Shown here piece after piece: positions 1-12,639 of a DNA stretch of 20,000 nucleotides. Under the pieces are notes generated by a model. It searched no databases. It saw nothing but the letters and a program-made list of their open reading frames with translations, and was not told the origin of the DNA. This DNA comes from Seison nebaliae (lineage: Eukaryota). Position numbers and translations under genes: made by a program. The stretch spans positions 53,131 through 73,130 of the forward strand of contig JALJEE010002345.1 of assembly GCA_023231475.1 (NCBI GenBank). Reading direction: 5' to 3'. How positions within the stretch are numbered: position 1 is the stretch's first letter; every line of letters starts with the position of its first letter.

Positions 1-1200
1 GTTTGATAGCATCAGCACATGAAGTTCCACCAAAACTATCGTCATTTATATTCAATTTACACATCATTTTTCCATTACAAGTCTTCTTAATCCATTCTAA
101 AGCGTTAGTGGATTGACAAGGAAATTCATCATTTCTGCCGTTCCAATTCAAACAATTTCCTGAATATGAATTAGGTGTTAATTTCCCGTAGAAAACTCTC
201 AGGATTTCCAAAGTTCCCGAATCATCACATTCGAGAAGAACATCAGCATTTTGACACATGACATCCGATGTAGTTACACTGGGTTGTACAGCGAGAAGTT
301 CAGCATATTCCTCGTCGGGAGTTCTAAATTGTTGCAAACAATCAGGTTTCAATTCCGGTGCATAGAAAGGAACTTCTTCTCCGATATAATGATAATTTCG
401 ATTTCCATATAATTCCACTGCATTAATACACGAAAATTTCACTTGTAAATTCTTCACCCATTTCAAACATTTAATATCGTCAAACAGATCTGAGAATTCT
501 TCTGTATTTATTTCACATGTCTTCTGTCCATCACACAATCCTTGGATGTATGGAAGGATTTCTTTCGTGTAACATGGCCATATGATATCCTCATACTGAG
601 TTTTACTTCGTGCACATTTCGGCATATCTGAACTGGCTTCATCCAATCTACCGAAATAAGCGGAATTGATATGAATTCGACTCAAACTCGGTTGGCATAC
701 CAAAATCAATTTAGACATTTCACAAATCTTTCCTTCATTATTCACACTAGGATGGTCATCTTCTCCCCATTGGAAATATTGTTGAATGACGTCATAAGAT
801 GAGATGGTACTACTCTTATCTTCCAACCATTCATTCAGATCGATGACAATATTGTCAGTTGTCGATTCATAATTAGTGATGAGTAGATTCTCTCGTCTGA
901 TGTTCGCTTTGATCGATTCGCAACCGAATTTAACGGCAAATTGTGAAACGGTCACATCACAAATCGAAGGGAAATATTCGGGTATGATGGAGAAAACACA
1001 TTTCTCTTGTCCATTACAAAACTCGGCAGCAAAGGCGTAACTGGTGGGCATGTAACACGTGTCGATCTTGTTGAAAACGGGTCGTTCACAAGTGTTGTTC
1101 ACTTGCTCCAAATTACCCACACCATAAAGTGCGGCGTAGATTTTGATGGTAGAGAAGGATGGACATTTCAATGTTAATTGAGAATAAGGACATACGAGAC
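1..1200 (-). other. Three SUEL-type lectin-like domains (about 1195-920, 725-428, 265-<1) within the VWD protein
   Basis: Each shows the C-x5-6-L-x-C...I..A.(Y/F)G(R/K/V)...C...C...C(N/D)G...C...C...V.F.C spacing, e.g. ICEMSKLILVCQPSLSRIHINSAYFGR...LCDGQKTCEI...KNLQVKFSC. Confidence 0.8.
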
Positions 1201-4200
1201 CGGAAGCCAATAATCCGGCTTTTGAATCAGTCGGTTTCTCTTTCACTTCATCAACTATCATATCGGCAATTTCTTGATTGTCAATCTCATCTGTTATTGG
1301 TTCAATCTTATCAGATATTTGATGTTGTTTCAATACTAAATGGAAATTAATTCCAATTGTTGTGGTAGTTGTGGTTGTGGTAGTAGTGGTAGTAGTAGTG
1401 GTTGTAATTTTAATACATTCCTCTCGACCGTTACCCATATATTCTCCTCGGCATTCACATTCGTACGTATAATCACCAACCTTATTACATTCAGCATTCT
1501 CCACACAATCTGGTATTTCCTCTTCTATTGGTTCGCCGTTGATACAGGTAACTTTTTTATCACAACCTAACATGATAAATTGACCTGGGGCAATTGTCTT
1601 ATTATCATAATTACATGAACATTCTTCAATTGGAATACATCGACCTAAATTATCTAAATATTCGTCTGCTGGACAACAACATGAACGACTTAATTCAGCG
1701 TGACAGAATTCACTGTCCATTGTCGGTCGGAGAGCTGGACAATAAATTTCACATTCTTCTCTATCTTCACAAGACACTTCACTCGTATCACAACTTTGAC
1801 CGAAATGAACATCGGCACATTTCTCATTGTTCAATTCAACCGTTTCAACTAATCCATGCTTACACGGTAATTCCATAGCGGTGACGGTGGAGCAAGTTGC
1901 TTCATGAATTCTTTTTGATACTTCATCCGTCATTGTACTATTTTCTGGTAATAATTGCATACTAATCATTTCCAATTCACATAAAGAAACCTTCGTCTCC
2001 AAATCACCTAATTTCACTTGAGAGTCTTCCAAATTGAAACATTGTTTGACATCTTCTTGACTGAATACTTCTTCACATGATTGAGAGATAGTTTCCATTA
2101 ATTCCTCATCTGTTTCTGTCACTACTTCTCTCTTCTCTAACGAATTCTGACATAATTGATCAACAGTAAATTTGTAGCCACCTAACCATTGGAGAGGTGA
2201 TTCATATCCAATCGTCGTTCCTAACGGATATTCATTATCGTTCGTTAAAATTCTATCCATATTTCCACATAATCCTTCAACACTATTATCTGGTGACGGT
2301 ATCATATTATCGATAATCAAATCCTCATTCTTCGTGTAATCGATTCTCCATTTACATGTGCTATGTTCCACCGTATATGCTTGATCACGATGCATTAATA
2401 CAAAAATTACTTGACCCAAATTATCGATATATTTCGATGAGCCTTCCACCACACTACCTTTATCTCCGTTATCAACCAAAGCATAAGACTTCTCGATGTT
2501 AATCGTTAAACCGTTCGTCATGATTTTGTAAGATCGATATTGAACATCCCAGTCATCCTCTAACGTTCGGACAGTGACGGCTAAATCGCATTTCTTATCC
2601 ATCGTTTCGATATTTGTCAAATATGTTTCACAATTCGAACGGAAATATAATGTCATACCATCGAAAGTGAGAACACGTCGGTCATTTTCATATCGACAAT
2701 TATGCAATTCTTCATCAATGACGAGTGATTCCATTTTACATCCAACTTCATTCTCCGAACGATAATGTGCCACTCCTTCGAAAAACGGTTTACATTCACA
2801 TACACTATCTCTACAAACTGCTGCTTCTTCACAATATAACAATTCTTCCAATTGAACCAATACTCCTTCTTGACATTGGACTTTATGATGGCAATCGGCA
2901 GATACGGCCGTTTCTTGATCATTCAAATCATATTGTTCATTTTTACAACGACACTTCGAAGGCTCTACACATTCACCATTGAAATATTTCAAACCCTCTT
3001 GACAAATACAACTATCGAAGCCAGTATATTCTTTCATTTCGTCACTCGAACAAAATTCCATTTGGTCCACCGTATTAAATATCATGTTCTCTGGACAGAC
3101 ATCAACACAACCCAATTCGCTTGTCACTTGAATATCGACATTACCTTCTACTCGACATCTCGTATCTATTTCTTTCAAAAGAGGACAAATCAGTTCTGTA
3201 GGTTCTTCCACTTGTTTCGTCTCACAAATACTTGTCAAATAGTTTATCCAATCATCTTCCTCCCAAAGACCAGAACAATCACCTAAAATTCGTTCATCGA
3301 AAATTGTTCGTCTCAAATCATCAGTTAAACAAGGTTCTGGTTCATCTTCCGCTACCAATCTAATTTTCTGTTGACACATTGGATCGATTTGTCCACCTTT
3401 CATCACTTCGAATTGACCACCGCGTAATTCAAAAAATCCAGCTTCTTCAACGAGTTCAGGTCCATAAGCGGAAATCGTATCGTTACCAGTTTCTTCACAT
3501 TTATCATAAGTCGCTTCCATACACATTCCCTTGCTAACTTTGCCTAAATAAGATTCGCCCAATTGAAGAATGACGTTGTCATCAAAAGTCCAATCAATTC
3601 GAATACCACAAATATGGTTTCTAAATTCGACGGTTGATCCTTGAATGGAGAACGAGATTTGAGTAGGATAGTCAGGATGATACCAATGTTTCTCATCTCT
3701 CACCTTATCGTTAACTGTCAATGAAGTTTTATCATAAACAATTCGAAATCCGAAAATCGCAATCCATATGGATTTCAGAAAAACGGTACTAGTTAACATT
3801 TGTTCGAAATTTGCTTTTTCATAAGCTTCTGTCTCGACGACCAATTCATATGCACATTCATCTGCATTTTGATCAGTAGCTGAAGCCATCATAGGACAAA
3901 CATTCTGAACATCCATTCTCGTTCCGTTGAAAGTTTTCACTCTCAAACCATCACCTACTTCACAAATAAACGGATACACATCGACCGGTTTCGGGTTTTC
4001 TGCGAATGCAGCAAATGGTGAATAGACACATTCGTTCGCTTCCTCGTTATAGATATGTTGAGTTTTACATTCACATTGACCTCTCTCTTCGTTGCAAGTG
4101 GAGAATTCGGGACACTCCTGATAGTTAATCAATCGAACTTGTTGAGGCATAACACATTGGAGAACTTTGGAGCAATCTTTCGATTTGAATTGTTCATGAA

Positions 4201-7200
4201 GTGAAAACGATCGTCCTTCGTAATCACATCCACATTCATTCTTCTTTATACATTGACGACGTTCATTACGAACAAAACCTTCTTTGCAAATACACGCTTC
4301 TCTCTTGCCCATATCCATCAAACTGCACGATTCCATACTGTCTTCTAAAGTAAAACAACTCTTCTCGCATCCTTCGATTAACGGAGAAAATTCTTCATTC
4401 TCATCACAGTCCATCGGACAATTAGCTTTCTCTCGCCAAACAATTGGTGCTTCCATTCCTTGTTTATAACATTCTTCAATTAACGACGCATAATAATGAC
4501 ATGCCAATTTTTTAATACGATTGTTCGGTCCTTTCGGATACAAGAAAGTGATGTCACTCTTCGCCTTAAATTTCGTCTCTTCCATCACCGTTTCATTCAA
4601 TACGCAATCACCAGTGTCAAAACCGATCATTTCAACTACTTCATCGATCAATTTATAATTTGCCTTTATCGTTTCATTACCGATGTTGGCATCGATTAAA
4701 TCTATTTTATCTTGACCAACAGGTCCACATCTATTCGGAGGAAACACATTTAATAGATCTTAACGAAAGAAAAAATTCTCCAACTTCTTTCCAATATTCG
4801 TATCATCATCCACCTCGTACTTGAATCCACCTAACCATTGCATGTCCCAATTCTCCATATACGGAATCACTTCATCCGTATCGGTATCCATTAGATCATC
4901 CGTCTTATTTCCTATCGATATAAAAAAAATGAGATATTTCAAAAAATGATAAGAAAACCGTTATAATTTCCACAAATACCACACATTTTATTTTGGAGAA
5001 TATTTGGTACGAAAATTTTGAATTCCGTATCAGGAATATAAGTTATCATCCATCCGCACACAGTATTAGCAATATGTCGATGTCTCTTTCGATAAGAGAT
5101 GATGACAGCGTTCGATGTTCCTTTGTATGGTAATTTGATGGTTCTTTCACTTCTCTTCTCTCCATTCACCTAAACAAATTTCAATTATTTAACAGATCTA
5201 AATTAAATAATAAACGAATAATTGATTCTTATAGAATCGAATTGTTATGTTATCGAATTTGACGTCGACCAATCTCGTCACTGTTCCTTCCAAATATTTC
5301 TCGTGAAAAACTCTGGTGACATCGTGAGTAGCTTTGTGTTCCACACGGAAATGACACGAATCCTAAATCCGACATGTCAACGGATGAAATTTTGGAAGAT
5401 TGATATTAACGGTTAAGTCACACACTTCAGCAGCGAGATATTTGCATTGTCCTTGAAAATGGAGGATATTATTATCGAAAGTTTTGTAATGAGGATCTCC
5501 TTCGATACGACAGAAAGCCGCACTCTGCTCCCATGCATTGTACAAGTCACGTTTCCGCAATTTACCTTCTCGATATAATTCCCAGATCTTCTTATGATTT
5601 CCAATTTCGAATAATCGATCCATCTCATCTCGAGACGATAAACAATTTTCCATTCCATCACCAATATAAGGAAGAACGCATTGACATGTATTGAAATCTA
5701 ATTTATCTGTGTCACATTGTGCAGATTCGTGACAGAATGAGTCTTTTTCTTCAACTTTTGAAAATTCAGTATTTTCTTGACATATCCATTTGCTGGCACA
5801 GTCGTCCTTATAAATGAAGGATCCGAACTGAAAGTTAGAAAATAAATGGTGAAATAATCATTAATTCAAAATATTCAAACTTTCACATTAACACCCGATT
5901 CCGTTTTACATCCACAAATTGATCGTGGTTCACATTTGTTGTTGTTCCACACATATCCTTCTTTACAGAAACAGATATTTTTCTCTGGTTTCTCACAATT
6001 CTTTCCCTCCATATCCTCACAAGTTTTCTGACAGGATTTCGTATAAGTCAATTCTTCATTCTCTTCACATTTCTTACCTGAAAGTATAAAATCAAATAAA
6101 TTTTCATGTTTCTCCTTCTTTGACAACTAACCGCAATATTCAGATGTGGTCCAATCGAAGTCCAGACCCAATTCCACTGAACAGATAGAATAGAGATATC
6201 TGGTGGTGAAGCAGAAGATATAATCCTTCAAGTTCATCTGTTTTTCTTGGAGAAAATCGTTCAATTCAACCGAATGTTTCTTGCAAACACCTAAACGGTC
6301 ATTCAAGAAATCCTCACGTTCAGGAATACTCTAAAGAATGTCATCACTTTAAAATTGTCTCTTAAAAGTTAACAGATAAGCAAGATCGGAATTGGCCTTC
6401 ATTTCTAGATAAGCCCAATGAATCCATAGCACAAAATGCGGAGACTTGTGTCACAAAATTTTGGTCATCTTCACTGCCGGTTTGAACGGATTTTATAGTG
6501 TTGTAACCATTCAAGATGTTCTCTTTCGAATCGAATTCGCATCTGTTCACATTGACATTGAATTAAGTAAAATATAAAATGAAAAAAAAAACTTTGTTCC
6601 AATATCAGTGTCATCTAATGAGAGATGTTGTACGGCACCGTTCCATTCTAATGTTAGTTCGGTAGGTTCTAATATCTTACCAGCCTCATCTCCATATACC
6701 AGTGCGAAATCATCAGTGGCATCACCATTTCCATTAGCACATAGACCACAAACATCAGCATGATCGGACGGTATGGTAACGGTGACAAATTCGTAATTCA
6801 TAATTGTTACCAATTTGCCACATTTGAGATCCTTGATAGTGATCACATTCTCCTTTGAAGAGACTTCGATTACACCTTGCTGCTTATAGGGCAAGTTGAC
6901 TTCCAAATTATTAATCTGTATATTTAGACAGATTAATTCGATTAATATATTTGAAATTTAACGGTCAATTCATCATTGGAATAAACGACAGATATTGCTT
7001 CAAATTTAGCAAGAACATAATACTCCAATTCGTTGTCGACCAATTGAACTTTCCGTTCAATACTGAAATCACATTTGTCCTTGAATAATTGAGAAATAAT
7101 TTGAAGAAGTGAGGGAAATCAAAAGGCAAAACTCCAATGGTGCACGACTTCGCCAAATAGAATTTACAAGGCAAATAATAATTGTAAATGGCTCCGTCGA

Positions 7201-7349
7201 ATGTCGTTACGTGATCCAACGAAGTTACCCTACAAGTTACTAAAGAACGAGAAGGATCATAAGAAGATGAGTTAAGACATAAAAAATAAACAGTCGTTTT
7301 CAGCTAGAACTGCACTAGCAGTTAGAAGTATTGCAAAAATAGGAAACAT
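1..7349 (-). CDS. Large secreted VWD/C8/TIL/EGF repeat protein with C-terminal SUEL (galactose/rhamnose-binding) lectin-like domains; zonadhesin/FCGBP-like; 3' end outside the window
   Basis: Manual splicing gives phase-consistent exons 7349-7292, 7239-7133, 7079-6963, 6915-6593, 6542-6374, 6330-6132, 6077-5881, 5827-5411, 5362-5216, 5169-4959, 4911-4785 and 4730-<1 (about 2,267 codons in the window). Signal peptide MFPIFAILLTASAVLA. VWD starts CRVTSLDHVTTFDG, CRIEGDPHYKTFD, CEVGDGLRVKTFNG and CRYENDRRVLTFDG; VWD ends VCGLCAN, MCGICGNYNG and VEGLCGN. TIL domains (CEENEE...CQKTC...CFCKEGYV) and EGF-like units are present. The last exon is open to position 1, so the ORF track misses it. Confidence 0.93.
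1358..1405 (-). repeat. 16-Thr coding tract (mucin-like linker) between the last EGF and the first SUEL domain
   Basis: 16 consecutive ACN codons in the open frame. Confidence 0.85.
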
Positions 7350-7400
7350 TTCTATTTCCAAAGAATATTTGCTTCTGCTGTCCAATTGTCGGGGAAGGTT

Positions 7401-7408
7401 CTTATATA
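7401..7408 (-). promoter_or_regulatory. Possible TATA box of the VWD gene
   Basis: TATATAAG on the minus strand, about 50 nt upstream of the ATG at 7349, in a locally GC-richer context. Confidence 0.35.
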
Positions 7409-9654
7409 TTCCAATTAGTTTTCAAGAAGCGTTCGAGTTCTCTTCTCAGCATCTGTTGGAGTTAGCGCCATCGACTCATCATGTCGGAGAAGTGATCGCT
7501 ACTTGAACTTCAACTCAATTAATTTAATTATTTTCTCTTTTACAATTTTTTCAATAGAATCATGTGGAATTGGTCAACTCTCCAAACTTACATTACATCG
7601 AAGGACATCCTATTAAAACTTGTCAAAGTAATTCTTTTTTCATCGTCTATCCATATGAAAAGCAATAGAAAGTCAATCTTATCTCGCCGAGTATGATTGG
7701 AGAAAATACTTTTCAGTGTTACAGAAATTGCTTATTAATATTTTTTATTATTGGAAATAAACGATATTTTTAATTAAATTTCCTATTTTTATTTACCGTC
7801 ACCGATGATGTTTATCCATTCGTAGGCGTAACAAATCAATAACTTCCTCCACTATCAATTTTGTCGTTGGAATAATATTAATATTTTTAACGACGAATAG
7901 TTTTTAATATTTCCATTAACCTCCCCACATTTACACTGCGCAAAGTTATCCATATAATCATTGTGGCTGTTTTAAAAATACCTAATAGACCAAATGTACT
8001 AAATAAGAGTTATTTTCAAAACAAAGAGAGCTACATTATTTAGAGGCTAAATGAGATCTATTTACCTACCATATTTACAATATTGTTAGTCCATCCATAT
8101 AGCTATTTTAAGCCTATAACTAAAGTTGTTTTTATACTCTATTTTCAACTTCAAAAAACAGATGTTTTAGCGACTAATTACAATTCATTCTTATACCTTA
8201 TTGAAGTGCTTCCAAATACATCGCTATAAAGGGCTAATTTAGATGATATTCTATATTATATCAATTAGTGCTAGAGAAGTCTATTAAGTTAGTTATTAAA
8301 TTTGTAATTATTCCTCTTTATCTAAAAATTATGTTTTATGATTTTATGATAATGAAATTAATTTTGTTTGTCAATAAAGATGATGTCAATTGTCAATAAA
8401 GATGGGATTTCGATCGAGACAAAGAAATATTACGATAATGATCAAAATACTTGCTTCGTGATTCGAATAATATAGATATCTGTACGTTAAATATATACTT
8501 AAAATAATGCAACACTAAAATCATTTAATTTTAAAATGCATTTGATTATTTCAATAGTGAGCAAAAACAAAAGAACACTTTTAGTATTTGACTGACAAGG
8601 AAAGTTTTCGATAAGAAAGAAATCAAAAATAGAAATAATAGGATATGTGAAAAATTCTGCTGATTGTAGATATGATAGAATTTTTATTTTTTTGCCTAAT
8701 AGTTAACATAGTTTATAAATTGGGATAAAACTCATAAATTACAAATCAATGTAATAATGATGATATATGCGATTCTTCTCTTACAAGTTAGTCTAGTGTT
8801 AGTTTTGGTTTAGTTTTATATAATCTTTATTATTTACATGCATTAGGGCTGTTTGTAATTTTGGTTCCTTCAAATTTTAAATGTTCAATTCCAGGAACAG
8901 AAATCGTAATGCCCTATGCGGAATACGCAACGGCTTTGTTTTCATGGACTATTTCATTCAACACATCATTCATATATTTCAACGACAAAATATTGTCGGT
9001 ACTGTGTCGCTCCTTTTTAACATCAATGGAAAAATTATAAACGCAAGCTGAATTTTTAAACTAAAGAAACTTGAATTTTCTTAAACAAAAATTTAGATTA
9101 TTCAATAAGCTTAAACATACTTAATTCAATTAGGTACTTATAGAGACCATCTGGGGCCCATTTGGACTGCACTTGATTGTAATGTTCTATATTATATCTA
9201 TAACGTTCTCTAAATTTTTATTAGATTTTTCATCTTTCTAAGTGGATCTTCCATTATAATAATAACGAAATAACTCTTATTGAGTTATTTCGTATTGAGT
9301 GCGTTTTTGTGTACTAAAGAAACTCTCATATCTGTCAGTACATATTTTTAAAGCAATTGAACTATTATTTATTTCTATCGAATAAATTTGACGAATATAA
9401 TATTTAATTAGAAAAAACTTTCATGGTCGTATGTGTCAGTCCTAGAAAGTTGAAATAAAACAGAAAAAGGACAATCGATCTCATTAAAGTTCTTTTAATT
9501 GACTTGATGTTGATTGTTAACCTTTTTTTATGATCCAGTTATTTTATGCGTTTATGCAGTATGATATGAAAAGATGTAGTTAAATTTAATGAGATTTCCC
9601 GATGCTATTTCTATTCATCATTCCATGGTACAATTTCAGATCAGAATATTGAAA

Positions 9655-11452
9655 ATGGTTCATCAAAAAACTTTCATAATAATAACTGTAATTTTATTGT
9701 ACTCAGAATTCTCATCAGTTCGTACTGACAGTGAGATTATAGATTTTTCGAAAAGTTTAATTTTTGTTAAGAAAAGTTATGAGTTGTTTAATTCAAACTA
9801 GAAGATTGGTATGAATTTGAAAAAAAAGTCATCAATTTCGAACAGGTTGAAGGTAAGACAGAGAACAAAGTAAAATGTGATGATAATCATTTCCGAATTA
9901 TGTTAGTATTTATGATCTAATTTTTCCAATTCTTAATTAGAGCACCTGTTTGGGGTGCTTCTCCCGTAGTATGCGGACAAGGACTTACTCCTAAAACATT
10001 GTTCTTTAACACCACACAGATTTATTGTTCAGGAGAAGGATGTCGGAGAAGACTCAAAGGGAGAATTAGAAAACCGATCAAATCGGAATTAAACACTGAA
10101 ATCAATATATGGAAATTGAAACGTATTCGAAATGATGAATATGAATTTCTCTGGGAAACGAATGGTTTCACTGATACGGTTATAGAAATCGATGACGATA
10201 TCCTGAATCAATTTCAAATAGTGAACGTTATAAATAAATATCATGAATGTAATGTTAATTTGACAAATCCTCTTACTCTTCCCAGAGAATGTAAAGAAGT
10301 CAAATTTGTAGTAGAAAGTTAGGAAGATTAATAAGTTTTCTTATTTTAAATTTTTGAAGAATCATCACCGAAACATTATAATGCTGCCGGTTATTTTTAT
10401 ATCAATAAAAATTAATCACTTCAACAATGAGGAAATTATACAGATTTAAAAATGAATAAATGGTCTTGCTCAAACTGCAAAGTCACATTCACCAATTTCC
10501 ATATTCGCGATTTTAGTTTAAGTAAATTTTTATTTGTATATTGGTGTAAAGATTATTATGTAAAATTAAGGTTAGTTCAATAGGAATGAAACTTATAATA
10601 ATTCAAATATGTTTTATTAATCTTCAGTTCTTTTCATCAGAATAGACAATATGAAGGACCACGTCTTTGTACGGACAAAGTGAAACCAGTAACGATAAAC
10701 GGTGACAATGTTACGATTAAAATGTCAAAGAACTTTTCCATTGATATGACTTGGATAATGGAATATTGTTTATTTATTTTGTATAGAAAAATTTAACTTG
10801 TTTGAAAAAAGATACAATTAAAGATGATTGGGAAGCTATTTACGATTTTAATGTCACTGATATCGATTTATTCGGCATCGATAATCGTTTCAATTTTGGA
10901 TCGTCCCCAGAAATAAACACTATTTACGTCCCTCCCAGTTTGAGTAAACGTATTTCACTTTTCGTGACGAATAATAATTGCGAATTGGAATATTCTGAGA
11001 TTGCTACCAAAGACCAATCAGATAACGGTACTCTGATAACGCCGGATGTGAAATGCGGAAATGAAATGGAAATTTATATTTACATGTTAACTCTGAAAAT
11101 TTCTTAACCGTTAAAATCTTTTTTTTTCAATAGGTTACCAAAATTCGATGAAGAATCATCAATAACAATTGAAAGAATGGCAAATGCTACAAATGCTACG
11201 ATAACTGAAAAGACCTACAATTCTACTAAAAATAAGATTGAACAGAAGTTGTTTAATTTTAAATTTTCGATACTGAAAAATTTATAATTTTTCTAATATA
11301 GTAATTTTGGAGGTAATTTTACAACAAACAAACCGTCCGTTCGATCCGAATCGATATCAACAAATGTCTTTAAATTAAATAATAAAACGTCTCAAATGTT
11401 GTTGACGTTGAAACTTCTTCTACAATTCAATCTGACAAATTCAAACGAATAA
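9655..11452 (+). CDS. Secreted protein with two divergent CUB-like modules (paralog A)
   Basis: Phase-consistent exons 9655-9754, 9802-9901, 9941-10317, 10360-10389, 10444-10570, 10628-10767, 10812-11085, 11134-11247 and 11302-11452. Hydrophobic N-terminus MVHQKTFIIITVILLYSEFSSVRT. CUB-like cores KCDDNHFRI...VCGQGLTP and WCKDYYVKL...LCTDKVKPVTINGDNVTI. Clear similarity to the gene starting at 17621. Confidence 0.75.
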
Positions 11453-11675
11453 AAATTATCAATAAATTAATCATAATCATTTTGATTTTAGATAGAATTT
11501 AAACTGCTTTTCTTTTATGCATAATTTTATATTTATCTGCTAAATTAAATTTTCTTAATGTTCTTTCCAATAATTTAATTTATAATAATAATACAATAAT
11601 ATATAATAATAATAAATTGAGATATCATTAGAAAAACATTTCCACATGAAAATATATTCAAATAAAATATGTAAT

Positions 11676-12568
11676 TCATCGTTCAGATCTCTCTTGTAGT
11701 AGTCGTCCAATTTCTTTCATTTTCAACTTGTCTAATTCTTCCAAATGTTCCGTGTCAATTAATTCCATTTTTGCACGATTCTCTATCAAAAGTGCACACA
11801 TATCAACATTGCCGATTTGAACTGCCATTAATCTGGAAATTGATTACGAAATAAAAGTTGACAATTAATTGGAATGTAACAATGGAGTCTTCTTTTCATT
11901 ATCTTCCTTGTTAATGGAATCGATTAGAAGTTTCCTCACTCTTAACATACGTAAAACTTGTTCCGTCAATTCTAAATTATCCAACATAACACAACGATGT
12001 ATAAGATTATATCCATAATTGTCAACCACATCAACAGAGACATTCTTCAACAATAACATGTCAATAATCTGTTAAGATTATGTGAAGATGATTTTCGGGA
12101 GAAAAGAAGAAAAACATTTTTCTGATTTTTTGAAATAGCATAGACTATAGCTGATCGTCCATTCTTCTCACAAATGTTCACATCAATATTCGATCTCTTC
12201 AATAATTCTTCAACAATTTTTGGACGAGCAGCTGACACTGCGATCATCAAGGCGGACCAACCTTGCTATTCAGATGGAAATCATTGGAAAATGATGAAAA
12301 AGAAAAATTGAACTTCATCAACTCGATTGATGTCGAGAGTGAGAGGATTGTTTAAAATAAATTTTATTAAATCCAAATGACCACCACTACATGCCCAATG
12401 TAAAATAGTACGACCTGTCTATTTTGATGGAAAGTTAATTTATTGAAAAACGGTTAAATTAACGATATCAATTACTTCCAATTCTTTCGAACGATTTTCT
12501 TTCAAATATTTCTCGATCATCTCAAGTTTACCTTCATATGCTAAATTGCACACAGCGATATCACTCAT
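11676..12568 (-). CDS. PSMD10: Gankyrin / 26S proteasome assembly chaperone (ankyrin repeats), 234 aa
   Basis: Exons 12568-12464, 12418-12314, 12265-12116, 12068-11881 and 11832-11676. The N-terminus VCNLAYEGKL and the repeats RTILHWACSGGH and GWSALMIAVSAAR match gankyrin (VCNLAYSGKL, RTALHWACSAGH, GWSPLHIAASAGR). Confidence 0.88.
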
Positions 12569-12639
12569 ATTGATAGATATTAATAATTATTCTGTCGATG
12601 AAATAATTCCGTTTAATTATTGAAAACGGTAATAATCAA

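Noticed and set aside
1291..1353. Possible non-canonical 63-nt GA-AG intron after the Thr linker
   Set aside because: The frame is open through it and there is no GT donor. It cannot be distinguished from coding linker without RNA-seq.
1..4730. Suspected alternative genetic code because no long ORF is listed here
   Set aside because: Manual translation is stop-free under the standard code; the ORF simply runs off the window.
1159..5664. Short plus-strand ORFs and alternative-frame minus ORFs in the ORF track (e.g. 1340-1570, 2852-3286, 2653-2922, 5413-5664)
   Set aside because: They are shadow or off-frame ORFs of the long minus-strand VWD CDS and show no recognisable motifs.
7900..8330. 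Compositionally distinct, TAG-rich stretch that might be a decayed retroelement fragment
   Set aside because: All frames I tried are broken, with no convincing RT or transposase motif.
8368..8404. Direct repeat ttgtcaataaagatg (2 copies)
   Set aside because: A short local duplication in AT-rich DNA, with no further structure.
10516..10551. Possible 36-nt GTT-AG intron in paralog A
   Set aside because: The frame is open, the segment encodes the Cys aligning with paralog B (WCKDYY vs VCNEKY), and retaining it gives the same 127-nt exon length as in B.
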